From positions 91,196 through 155,195 of the forward strand of contig CBDIPQ010000005.1 in assembly GCA_965283675.1 (NCBI GenBank): DNA of 64,000 nucleotides. The letters run 5' to 3'. Positions within the stretch are counted from its first letter, which is position 1. Each line of letters starts with the position of its first letter. Positions 32,177 to 42,247 of the stretch are shown here, in pieces. A program made the translations under genes and the position numbers. The notes beneath the pieces are model-generated. The model was given only the letters and a program-made list of their open reading frames with translations. It did not search any database and was not told where the DNA came from. This DNA is from Caulobacteraceae bacterium. Its GTDB lineage: Bacteria; Pseudomonadota; Alphaproteobacteria; Caulobacterales; Caulobacteraceae.

Positions 32177-33004
32177 ATGCCTGCTGTTCAGGAGATCGCC
32201 ACGATCCTGGGGATCAACCTCGGGATCTGTATCGCGTCCTTCGTCATCCTCTGGGCCATCGGCTGCGCGCTGAAGGACGTCACCTTCGTCGACGCCTGGT
32301 GGGCGCTGGGCCTGGCCTTCATGGCGGTGACCACCTTCTTCCAGGCCGACGGCGCCGATGCGCGGATGCAGCTCCTGCTCGCGCTCGCCTGCGTCTGGGG
32401 CCTGCGCTTGGGCCTCTACATCCTGTGGCGCTGGCGCTCCCACGGACCCGACCGCCGCTACGTGAAGATGCTCAGCCGCGCGCAGGAGACCAAGGGCTGG
32501 AGCTTCCCCGTCGCCTCCTGGCGGCTGGTCTTCATGTTCCAGGCCCCGATCCTGTGGGTGGTCAGCATGCCGGTCCAGCTGGGCCAGCTGTCGGCCACGC
32601 CCGCGGCCATCGGCACGCTGGGCTGGATCGGCGCCGGCCTGGTCGTCTTCGGCATCCTGTTCGAGAGCCTGGCCGACTTCCAGCTGGTCCGCTTCAAGGC
32701 GAACAAGGCCAATGAGGGCAAGGTGCTGGACGCCGGCCTGTGGCGCTACACCCGCCATCCCAACTACTTCGGAGACCTGTGCGTCTGGTTCGGCCTTTGG
32801 GCCATCGCGGCGGAGACCGGCCTGATCGGCGTCGCCTCCATTGTCGGGCCGCTGCTTCTGCTGCTGATGTTCGTGAAATACAGCGGCGGGCCGTCCTACG
32901 AGAAGCGGCTGACCTATCAGCGCCCCGGCTATGCCGAGTATATCGCCCGCACAAGTTCCCTCATCCCCTGGCCGCCGAAGAAGGCCGCTCCGGAGGTCGT
33001 GTGA
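32177..33004 (+). CDS. DUF1295 / steroid 5-alpha-reductase-like membrane protein
   Basis: VDAWWALG, DRRY, ADFQL..FK, GLWRYTRHPNYFGD. Confidence 0.9.
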   Translation: MPAVQEIATILGINLGICIASFVILWAIGCALKDVTFVDAWWALGLAFMAVTTFFQADGADARMQLLLALACVWGLRLGLYILWRWRSHGPDRRYVKMLSRAQETKGWSFPVASWRLVFMFQAPILWVVSMPVQLGQLSATPAAIGTLGWIGAGLVVFGILFESLADFQLVRFKANKANEGKVLDAGLWRYTRHPNYFGDLCVWFGLWAIAAETGLIGVASIVGPLLLLLMFVKYSGGPSYEKRLTYQRPGYAEYIARTSSLIPWPPKKAAPEVV

Positions 33005-34497
33005 AGCGCCCGTCCACCCCACGCGTCATGTCCACCCCCGGGATCGGCGAGATGTCGCCCCGGGGCATGGGCGCCCTTCTGGACATCCATGCGGCCCGCG
33101 ATCCGGACCGCCCGGCCCTGTCCTTCGAAGGCGAGACCCTGACCCGCGCCGCGCTGGCGTCGCGGGTCAATCGCCGCGCCCGGACCCTGGCGCGGCTGGG
33201 CGTGGAGGCGGGAGACTTCGTCGCCATCGCCCTGCCCAACACCCCGGCCTTCCTCGAACTGGCCTTCGCCGTCTGGGCCCTGGGCGCGCGCCCGCGCCCC
33301 TGTCGCACAAGCTGCCGGCGGCGGAGCTGGAGGGCGTCCTCGACCTGCTCAAGCCCCGGCTTGTGGTGATCAACGACGCGGCCAAGGCCGGCGGCTGGCC
33401 CGCCTTCGCGGAGGCGGACACCTTCGATGCGGCGGCCGATGACAGCCCCCTGCCGGAGAAGATCGCCCCGCACCTGAAGGCCATCGCCTCGGGCGGCAGC
33501 ACGGGCCGGCCCAAGGTCATCGTCGACATGTCGCCGGGCGTCGCCGATCCGGACAAGCCCCTGCTGGGCATGCTGCCGGACGACGACGTGCTGATGATCC
33601 CGGCCGCTGTACCACGCGGCCCCCTTCGGCATGACCTGCTTCGCCCTGGGCTGGGGCCTGCACGTGGTGCTGATGCCGCGCTTCGACGCCGAGGAAGCCC
33701 TGCGCCTGATCGAGCGCTACAGGGTGCGCTGGCTGTTCCAGGTGCCGACCATGATGCACCGCATCTGGGCCCTGCCGGAGGCGGTGAAGGCCCGCTACGA
33801 CATCTCGTCCTTGGACGCCGTCATGCACATCGCCGCGCCGTGTCCGCCGTGGCTCAAGCAGGCCTGGATCGACTGGGTCGGCCCCGAGACGGTGTGGGAG
33901 CTCTACACCGGCACCGAGGCCATGGGCGGCACCGGCATCAACGGCCTGCAGTGGCTTGAGAAGCCCGGCTCGGTCGGCCGGGTCCTGCCCGGCTACGAGA
34001 TGCAGGTGCTGCGTCCGGACGGCTCGGCCTGCGACGTGGACGAGGTCGGCGAGATATTCTTCCGGCCGCTGCGAGGGCAGGGGACCACCTATCGCTACCT
34101 GGGCGCCGAGCCCAAGGCGGTGGGCGAGTTCGAGACCCTGGGCGACATGGGCCGGCTGGACGCCGACGGCTATCTCTTCCTCGCCGACCGGCGCGTGGAC
34201 ATGATCCTGTCGGGCGGCGCCAACGTCTATCCGGCCGAGGTCGAGGCGGCGATCGACGCCTTCCCCGGCGTCCAGTGCAGCGTGGTCATCGGCCTGCCGG
34301 ACAACGACCTGGGCCAGCGCGTCCACGCCATCGTTGAGACGGCGGACGGGCGGCTGGACGCCGCGGCGCTGACCGCCTTCCTCGCCGAGCGCATCGCCCG
34401 CTACAAACAGCCGCGCACCTTCGAGGCCACCGCTGAACGGCTGCGCGACGACGCCGGCAAGGTGCGTCGGGGCCAGCTTCGGGCGGAGCGGATCTGA
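33001..34497 (+). CDS. Acyl-CoA synthetase (bile-acid-CoA-ligase-like subfamily); frameshifts at about 33288 and 33600
   Basis: Three ORF pieces give SGGSTGRPK, PGPLYHAAPF, LYTGTE, TLGDMG, ILSGGANVYPAEVE. Confidence 0.85.
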
Positions 34498-34500
34498 CGT

Positions 34501-34620
34501 TTCTCCCTCCCTCTTGTGGGGAGGGATGTCGGCGCGCAGCGACGACAGGGTGGGGGCTGTGCGGCTGCTCCCCACCCGTCTCGCTTCGCGAGCCACCCTC
34601 CCCACAAGGGGGAGGGAGAA
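34501..34620. repeat. 120-bp palindromic intergenic element (Caulobacter CIR/REP-like) between convergent genes
   Basis: 25-bp terminal inverted repeat TTCTCCCTCCCTCTTGTGGGGAGGG / CCCTCCCCACAAGGGGGAGGGAGAA (1 mismatch) plus inner GGGTGGGG / CCCCACCC pair. Confidence 0.8.
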
Positions 34621-34621
34621 C

Positions 34622-34996
34622 TCACCCCGTCGCGGCCGGGTCCTTCATCTGGAAATAGTCGCGCCAGGCGGTGATCTTCCCGTCCGGCCCGAACTCGATG
34701 ATGCCCATATAGGGGTGGGACACCTTCACGCCGTCGGCGTTGACGTAGTCCTCGCGGCCCTCGGTCAGGACCTGGGTTTCGTTCTGCGCCCAACTGGACA
34801 GGACCCACTCGGTTTCGGAGTGGTTGGCCCAGTACCGGGTGATGAATTTGTCGACCCATTCCACCCCGATCAGGGGGCGGGTGCCGACGTGATAGTGGTA
34901 CTCGATCGCGGGGTCGAAGAAGGTCAGGAACGCCGCCTTGTCGCGACGCCCCGAGACCTCCATCAGCGCCCGCAGGCGCTCGATCGGCGTGCTCAC
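34622..34996 (-). CDS. NTF2-like protein, limonene-1,2-epoxide-hydrolase-like
   Basis: IEYHYH, VLTEGREDY, ITAWRDYF; GTGA overlap with upstream paralogue. Confidence 0.82.
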   Translation of the reverse strand: MSTPIERLRALMEVSGRRDKAAFLTFFDPAIEYHYHVGTRPLIGVEWVDKFITRYWANHSETEWVLSSWAQNETQVLTEGREDYVNADGVKVSHPYMGIIEFGPDGKITAWRDYFQMKDPAATG

Positions 34997-35394
34997 GCCG
35001 AGGCCTTGGCGGCGTCCGGCTTGGCCGGGGCGTGCACCTGCGAGGTGTCATAATAGTCCCGCATGCGGCGGATCAGGCCGTCGCGGACCTCGAAGACCTG
35101 GACGAAAGGATTGTCCATCTTCACCCCGGTCGAGCGGTCAACGAGGACTTCCATCCCTTCCACGAACAGCACCTCTCCGGCCTCGGCCGAGTGCACGATC
35201 CGCCATTCCTGCTGGTCGAAGCCCTGTTCGTAGTTGGCCAGGAATTTGCGCATCTTGTCCTTGCCGATGGCGGGACGTTTGGTGGGGTGCCAGTGGTACT
35301 CGATGTCGTCGGACAGGGTGGCGATGAAGCCCTCCACGTCGCGCTTCTTCCACGCGGCCATCATGGCCTCGACCACCTTCATATGCTCGCCCAT
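34993..35394 (-). CDS. NTF2-like protein, limonene-1,2-epoxide-hydrolase-like
   Basis: GGGAG RBS before ATG 35394; IEYHWH, LFVEGMEVL, FEVRDGLIRRMRDYYD. Confidence 0.82.
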   Translation of the reverse strand: MGEHMKVVEAMMAAWKKRDVEGFIATLSDDIEYHWHPTKRPAIGKDKMRKFLANYEQGFDQQEWRIVHSAEAGEVLFVEGMEVLVDRSTGVKMDNPFVQVFEVRDGLIRRMRDYYDTSQVHAPAKPDAAKASA

Positions 35395-35436
35395 GGCGTC
35401 TCTCCCGTTCTTGTCGTTCGGCAAACGCTAGGACGG

Positions 35437-35458
35437 TAAGTTTGTTTATGCAAGTGAC
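35437..35458 (-). promoter_or_regulatory. Cluster-wide operator motif copy overlapping a candidate -35
   Basis: GTCACTTGC ATAAAC AAACTTA; contains TTGCAT, followed 17 bp later by TAGCGT (35430-35425) pointing at the NTF2 pair. Confidence 0.72.
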
Positions 35459-35510
35459 ATGGCCGCACTTTCAAACGTGGACTTTCACGTCCTCGCGAGC
35501 GCGTTCGGGA

Positions 35511-36452
35511 TCAGGCGATCGTGTGCCCCTTGCCGGGCTTCAGCAGCACGTCGGCCATCTTCAGCCGGCCCTTGCAGCAGCTGCAGTCTACCTCGCTGCT
35601 CAGGGCGGCGCCGCACTCGTGCCGGATGCGGACGGGCGGTCCCGCCTTGTCCCTCAGCCAGGCGTCGGCCCAGGTCAGCATGGTCAGGGCGTGGGGATAC
35701 AGGTCCAGCCCCTTCTTGGTCAGCCGGTACTCGTACCGGGGCGGGGTGATCTCATAGAGCCGCCGCTCGAAGATGCCCGCGTTCTCCAGCGTGCGCAGCC
35801 GGTCGGTCAGGATGTTGGACGCGATGCCCAGCATGTTCTGCATCTCGTCGAAGCGGTGGATGCCGAAATACTGGACGCTGACCACCAGGCCGGTCCAGCG
35901 GTCGCCCAGCAGGTCGACCAGCTCCAGCACCGGCGTCGTGTCGGTCGGCTGACGCTTGCGGTGCATGCGTTGGACCGGCAGCTTCTCCATCCCCTGGCCG
36001 GGACCAGGGACGAAGCTGCAGCTGCGCAGGGTCAGCAGTTCGCCGCAGGCGGTGCAGCGCACCTCGGGCAGCATGGGCTTGCCGCACACCTCGTGGATGA
36101 AGACCGTCGGCGCGCGGCGGCCGGCCACGCCCCAGCGCACGCCCCAGCCCCACATCAGGATCATGCTGTCGAACAGGTCCAGCCCGCGCGGCGTCAGATG
36201 GTAGGCCATTCGCGCGCCCTCGTCCCGGTGCGGGCGCTTCTCGAGAATGTCGTGCCGCTCCAGCGCCTGCAGCCGGCTGGACAGGGTGCTGCGGGCGCCG
36301 CCCAGCCGTTCGTGGAACTCCTCGAACCGCGTGGCGCCGAGGAAGGCTTCCTGAACGATCAGCAGGCTCCATCTATCGCCGAGCGCGTTCAGCGCCCGGT
36401 TCAGGGAACTCTTTGGAACCAGCCGGGTCTTCGTCGCGCCTTGGGAAACCAT
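35511..36452 (-). CDS. Transcriptional regulator with two tandem HxlR-type wHTH domains
   Basis: Two GDRW...RF.E...LG...L..RL..L...YxLTxxGxDL units. Confidence 0.9.
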   Translation of the reverse strand: MVSQGATKTRLVPKSSLNRALNALGDRWSLLIVQEAFLGATRFEEFHERLGGARSTLSSRLQALERHDILEKRPHRDEGARMAYHLTPRGLDLFDSMILMWGWGVRWGVAGRRAPTVFIHEVCGKPMLPEVRCTACGELLTLRSCSFVPGPGQGMEKLPVQRMHRKRQPTDTTPVLELVDLLGDRWTGLVVSVQYFGIHRFDEMQNMLGIASNILTDRLRTLENAGIFERRLYEITPPRYEYRLTKKGLDLYPHALTMLTWADAWLRDKAGPPVRIRHECGAALSSEVDCSCCKGRLKMADVLLKPGKGHTIA

Positions 36453-36483
36453 GGCTTGTCTTAGCGGTCTCGTTGAACGGGAT

Positions 36484-38110
36484 TCAAGCGGTTGAGAGTT
36501 TCTGACGACGAACGGTCAGGCCGGCGGCCTCCCGGTCGAAGGTCTCCGCCGTGATTCCCTCCGCCCTCAGGCCGGTCTTCTGGATCTTGTTGGTGGGGGT
36601 CTTGGGCAGCTCCGCCTCGATCCGCACATAGCGCGGCACCATGAAGTGGGTCATGCGCGGGATCAGATATTCGACCAGCTCCCTCGGATCGATCGTCGCG
36701 CCCGCAACCGGGGCGACGGCGACCATCACCTCCTGTTCCCCGCCCGGCAGGTCGACGCCATAGGCCGCCGCCTCGCGCACGGCGGGGTGGCCGCAGACCT
36801 CGATCTCGATCTCCAGCGACGACATGTTCTCGCCCCGCCGGCGGATCGCGTCCTTCTTGCGGTCGATGAAGAAGAAGCAGCCCTCGGCGTCGCGGCGCAT
36901 CAGGTCGCCGGTGTGGAACCAGCCGTTGCGCCAGGCCTCCGCCGTCGCCTCCGGATCGCCCAGATAGCCGTGGCTCAGGGTCCAGGGGCTGTCCGCGCGG
37001 ATCACCAGTTCGCCGGGCTCGCCGTGCGGAACCTCGTTGTCGAAGGCGTCTACGATGCGGCACTCCATGCCCTCGCGCGCCCGGCCGCAACTGCGCATCA
37101 CCGTCTCGTTGACCGCGCAGATCAGCGGCCCCGAAACCTCGGTCATGTTGAAGCCCGAGATGTAGTCGAAGCCGAACCGCTCGGCGAGCGCGACCGTGTC
37201 CTCGGTGATGGGGGCGAGCGTCACCATGCGCAGCGGATTGTCCCGGTCGTCCGGTCGGGGCGGCTCCTTCATCAGGAAGGCCGTCAGGGCGCCGATCAGG
37301 CCGCTGCACACGGTCAATTCCGTCTCGCGGATCACGTCCCAGAAGCGCCGGGTGTCGAAAGCCTCGAACAGGGCCACGGAACCGCCGCAGGCCACCGCCG
37401 CCGTGATCGCGGCGATGCCGCCGACATGGAACATCGGCAGGTTGACCAGCATCCGGTCGCCGCCGTGCATGTAGCCGTAGGTGACCTTCCCGGTCGTCCA
37501 CTCCTGCACATAGGAGGTCAGCACCGCCTTGGACGGCCCCGTGGTGCCGGAGGTGAAGATGATCACCGGGCTGTCCCACGGATCGGACTCCACCCGCGCA
37601 TAGGCCGCCGCGTCGCCGGCCAGGGCCGTGGCGGGTTCGACCGCGACGCCCAGGTTGACTTGCCCGGTCGCTTCGCCCGTCAGGATCAGTCCGTCGACGG
37701 CGCCCAGCGACAGGCCTTCCAGCCGCCCGACCAGATCGGGGTGCACGATCAGCAGTCGGGCTCCGGTCTTGCCGATCGCATGCTCCAGCAGCTTGCCGCG
37801 GAAGCTGGTGTTGATCGGGGCCAGGGCCGCGCCCGCATAGTTCGCGCCGAACCACGAGCGCACCAGCGCCGCCGAATGGCGTCCAGGCGGCGACGATGTC
37901 GCCCTTCTTCACCCCGCGCGCCTGCAGGGCGGCGGCGGTCTCAAGCGCCTTTCGCCGGGTCTCGGCCCAGGTCCAGGTCTCGCCGGTCTCATAGCGGATG
38001 AACACCTTGTCGGGCGTCTCGGCGGCGTAGCGGTCCAGCAGGCGCGGGATCACGCACTCGTCCGCCGTGGGCGGCGTCGGGTCGAACCAGGGCAGCTTCA
38101 ACCCGCTCAC
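36484..38110 (-). CDS. Acyl-CoA synthetase (CaiC/DitJ-like subfamily); frameshift at about 37877
   Basis: FTSGTTGPSK, GFNMTE, WFHTGD, DRKKDAIRRRGEN; GTGA overlap with the MFS stop. Confidence 0.88.
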
Positions 38111-39489
38111 GAGGCGTCCCTCTGCCATTCCTCCGCCTCATCCACGCTGGCGCGGAAATGGGGCAGGGTCTTGATCAGGATGGCCGAGGCGACGGTGATG
38201 CAGACGCCGCTGACGATGGCCAGGGACACGCCGATATGCTTCGGGCCGCCCAGCAGGCCGTCGCTGATCGCCGCGACGATGGTCGGTCCCCCGGCCAGCG
38301 AGATCAGGTTGCCGATCAGGAAGTAGATGGCCGTGACCTGCGCCCGGAACTGGTTGGGCGACACCGATTGCAGCGAGGTCGCCGGCAGGCTGTTCATCAG
38401 GCCCGCGAAGAAGCTGAAGCCGGCCAGCGAGGCGATGGCCCAGTTCGCGTCAGGCATGAGGGGCGTGGCGATGGCGAAGGGGATGCTGCACACCAGACCG
38501 AAGATGGCGGCGACAAGCGGCGCGTCCTTGCGGCCGCGCGCGGCCAGGAAGTCGCTCAGCCATCCGCCGACCAGGACGCCCGGCGTCGCCGCCAGCAGAA
38601 GCACGGCCCCGTAGGCGAAGCCGACCTGCGAGGCGTTCCAGCCGTGCGTGCGGATCAGCACCGCCGGGATCCACGCCAGGTAGGAGATGCCGGCGATGCC
38701 GAAGATCGAGAAGCCGATGATCATGGCGTAGAAGGTCTTCTTGCGCGCCCACATGAACTTCAGCACGCCGGCGTTCCGGTCGGCCTTGACCAGCCCGTGC
38801 CGGGGCGGCTCGCGCACGATCAAGAACAGGGCGGCGATCAGAAGGCCGGGCAGGCCGACCAGGACGAAGGTCTGCTGCCACGGGGCCAGCGTCCCCAGCA
38901 GCGGCAACTCCATCGTCCCGTGACGGGCGATCATGTCGATCGCGCCGCCGCCGATCATCAGGGCCAGTCCGGCCCCGATGTACGGGCCCATCGAATAGAC
39001 CGCGAGCGCGCGCGCCCGCATGCGCGGCGGGAAATAGTCCGAGATCATCGAATAGGCGGCGGGCGACAGGGCGGCCTCCCCGATGCCGACGCCGACGCGT
39101 GCGGCGAACAGGGCCCAGAAGCTGTTGGCCAGGCCGCAGCCGACGGTCATCACGCTCCAGATGACGATGCCGAAGAAGATGATCCAGCGGCGGCTTCCCC
39201 GGTCGGCCAGCCGGGCCAGGGGCACGCCCATCAGGGTGTAGAACAGCGAGAAGGCCAGACCCGCCAGCAGGCTGAACTGGGTGTCCGAGATGTTCAGGTC
39301 GGCGCGGATCGGCTCGACCAGAAGGCTCAGGATCTGCCGGTCGATGAAGCTGGAGGTATAGGCCACCATCAGGGCCGCGACCGCGAACCAGCCCCACCCG
39401 GGATGGGGCCAGATCCGGGGCTTGGGCGTAGTCGCCGCGACGGGTGTTTCAGGGGACGTCGTACTGGTCATCGGCGAGGTCCGGTCCAT
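38107..39489 (-). CDS. MFS transporter (spinster/aromatic-acid-like)
   Basis: FIDRQILSLL, LADRGSRR, RVGVGIGEAALSPAAYSMISDYFP. Confidence 0.92.
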   Translation of the reverse strand: MDRTSPMTSTTSPETPVAATTPKPRIWPHPGWGWFAVAALMVAYTSSFIDRQILSLLVEPIRADLNISDTQFSLLAGLAFSLFYTLMGVPLARLADRGSRRWIIFFGIVIWSVMTVGCGLANSFWALFAARVGVGIGEAALSPAAYSMISDYFPPRMRARALAVYSMGPYIGAGLALMIGGGAIDMIARHGTMELPLLGTLAPWQQTFVLVGLPGLLIAALFLIVREPPRHGLVKADRNAGVLKFMWARKKTFYAMIIGFSIFGIAGISYLAWIPAVLIRTHGWNASQVGFAYGAVLLLAATPGVLVGGWLSDFLAARGRKDAPLVAAIFGLVCSIPFAIATPLMPDANWAIASLAGFSFFAGLMNSLPATSLQSVSPNQFRAQVTAIYFLIGNLISLAGGPTIVAAISDGLLGGPKHIGVSLAIVSGVCITVASAILIKTLPHFRASVDEAEEWQRDAS

Positions 39490-39492
39490 CAA

Positions 39493-39514
39493 TCAATCTA
39501 AAGATGAAAGTGAC
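39493..39514 (-). promoter_or_regulatory. Cluster-wide operator motif copy
   Basis: GTCACTTTC ATCTTT AGATTGA immediately before the MFS start. Confidence 0.68.
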
Positions 39515-39772
39515 TTGCCGATCCGATCCCGGCGCGCGGGTGGATTTCGGCAAGGGATTTCGCGGTCCGCGGAAACGGGCCGGGCTGTTCGCTGTGACGT
39601 GTGACCGATGTCTCCACGGGTCCGTCTCAACTCCCTGTTATACCGCCGGTTTTCCGGTCTGGTTGGTGTCGTTGGGGCCGCGGATTTCCGTTCTTCCAAA
39701 CGGGTCTGCGGGCCCTGTGACAGCCTTAACCCAATCAAGCACAGATGTTGGTCTGATTACAAAAGCTATTTG

Positions 39773-39794
39773 ACAGTCTCGTTCTGCAAGTTAC
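39773..39794 (-). promoter_or_regulatory. Cluster-wide operator motif copy overlapping TTGACA (39770-39775)
   Basis: GTAACTTGC AGAACG AGACTGT, about 50 bp upstream of the TonB-dependent receptor. Confidence 0.7.
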
Positions 39795-39845
39795 ACCTAG
39801 CACTGAAGCACCTCGGCTAAACGGGGGCTCATGGGAGGATAGGGC

Positions 39846-42177
39846 GTGACCATTCGAGGTTCCATCAGCGTATCCGCATTGCTTCTGGCCGCATCTCTGG
39901 CGCATCGCCGGCATGGGCCCAGACCGCTCCGCAAACACCGTCGCAGGACACCGCGACCCAGATCGACGACGTCATCGTCACCGCGACCAAGCGGGAAGAG
40001 CGGCTCATCGATGTGCCCGTGGCCGTCACCGCCATCGGCGCGCAGCAGCTTCAGAACTCCGGCGTCTCGGACATCCGCGAACTGACCGGCCTGGCGCCGA
40101 GCGTGCAGTTCCAGACCCCGGGCGGCGGCGCCAACTCGTCGATCCGCATCCGCGGCATCGGCACCACCTCCACCAACCCGGGCCTGGAGTCCTCGGTCGG
40201 CGTGGTGATCGACGGGGTGACCCGCGCCCGCACCGGCGTGGCCCTGTCCGAGCTCGGCGACCTGGAACGGATCGAGGTCCTGCGCGGACCGCAGGGCACC
40301 CTGTTCGGCCGCAACACCTCCTCGGGCCTGATCAACATCGTCACCCGGACGCCCAGCTTCACCGGCGTCGAGGGCCGCCTTGAAGGCACCTACGGCGACT
40401 TCTCCAACATGCGCGTGGCCGGGGCCGTCAATCTGCCCTGTCGGACAACGCCGCCCTGCGGGTGGAGGCCAGTTCGGAAACCCGCGACGGCTTCTATCCG
40501 GACGCCAACAGCCAGGAGACCCTGGACAACCTGGATCGCCAGTTCATCCGCGCCAAGCTGCGCTACGAGCCGACCGACACCCTGCGCTGGATGTTCAGCG
40601 CCGACTACACCAACCGCGAAGAGAACTGCTGCGTCGCGGTGCTGGCCATCGCCGGCCCGACCTACGGCCTGGTGAACAGCCTGTCCGCCGCGCGGGGCCA
40701 GATCGGCTACACCAGCACCAACCCCTTCGACCGGCAGGCGTCCAAGACCGCCGGGCGCGTGAACTCCGAGAACATCGTCGACTGGGGCCTGTCGGCCCAG
40801 GCCGACTGGGACCTCGGCTGGGCCAACCTGACCTCGGTCACGGCCTACCGCAGCTGGGAAGCCTCGCGCTCGCAGGACTTCGACCACTCGGGCGCCGACC
40901 TGGGCTTCTTCGCCCCGGACGGCCTGCACCAGAACTTCGACGTCTTCACCCAGGAACTGCGCCTGCAGGGCACGGCCGGCATGGTCGACTGGCTGGTCGG
41001 GGCCTATTATTCGGATGAGGATGTCCGCAACAACTCCGCCTACCGGATGGGCGCCGACTATCCGCTGATCTACGGCGGCGCGGCCACCTTCCAGGCCACG
41101 ACCCTGGCCGCCTTCACGCCCGGCGACGGCGCGCGGGGCGTGGGCGAGCAGAACGGCCGGGACATCTCGGTCTTCACGCACAACATCTTCAACATCACCG
41201 ACCAGCTCAGCGTCACCGCCGGCCTGCGCTACACCAACAACAAGAAGTCGATCGACTTCTGGGGCCAGAACTTCAACCCCGCCTGCGACAGCGCCGTGGC
41301 GACCGGCGATGCGCCCGGCATCACCCGCTTCTGCGCCCCCTTCTGGGACACGCGGATGAACCCGGCGGGCGACACGGACTCGCGCAGCGAGGACGCCGTC
41401 ACCGGCACCTTCAACGTGGCCTATGAGTTCGCTCCGAACGTGAACGGCTATGTCTCCTATTCGCGGGGCTACAAGTCGGGCGGCTACAATTTCGACCGCG
41501 CCGGCTTCACTACTCCGGCGACGCCGAACGCGCGCGACCTGGCCTTCTCGGAAGAGACGGTGGACGCCTATGAGGTCGGCCTGAAGACCGAGTTCTTCGA
41601 CCGCCGCCTGATCGCCAACATGGCGGTCTTCCACCAGACCTTCTCGGGCTTCCAGCTGATCGAGTACACGGGCGTCAACTTCGTCGTCCGCAGCCTGGAA
41701 GAGGCGGTGTCCAAGGGCGCCGAGATCGAGGTGACCTGGCGGCCGATGGACGGCCTGACGATCACCAACGGCCTCAGCTACACGGACGCCTACTATCCGG
41801 TCAGCCCCGGCAACTCGACCTATTCGGGCCGGGAGATGGAGCAGTCGCCGGACTGGGTGAACGTGACCTCGGTCACCTACGAGTTCCCGATCTCGGGCGA
41901 CCTGACCGGCGTGGCCTATATGGACAACCGCTACAGCTCCGAGTTCTTCACCGGCGGCTTCGATCCGAACCGGGTGCAGGAAGCCTTCTCGGTGGCCAAC
42001 GCCCGCTTCTCGCTGCGGCATGAGGGCGGCGACTGGGCGGTGGACCTGTGGGCCCGCAACGTCTTCGACAAGGATTATTATCGCCGCATCATTCCGGCCA
42101 CGTTCCAGGCCGGTTCGTACTCGGCCTTCCTCGGCGATCCCCGCACCTACGGGATCACCCTGCGCCGGAACTTCTGA
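39846..42177 (+). CDS. TonB-dependent receptor; frameshifts at about 39900 and 40437
   Basis: Signal peptide (SLGASPAWAQ after one G is restored), DDVIVTATKRE, ERIEVLRGPQGTLFGRN, terminal F (YGITLRRNF). Confidence 0.92.
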
Positions 42178-42211
42178 GACTTCCGAAGCGACTGCGTTTT
42201 CCTGAAAACTG

Positions 42212-42247
42212 GGCCCCGCCGATCCGTCGGCGGGGCCTCTTCTTGTT
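42212..42247. terminator. Intrinsic terminator between convergent receptor and acyl-CoA dehydrogenase genes
   Basis: 11-bp stem GGCCCCGCCGA-TCCG-TCGGCGGGGCC followed by TCTTCTTGTT. Confidence 0.8.

Noticed and set aside
34501-34620. CRISPR repeat or MITE with target duplication
   Set aside because: Single palindrome, no spacer array, no cas genes and no clear flanking direct repeat
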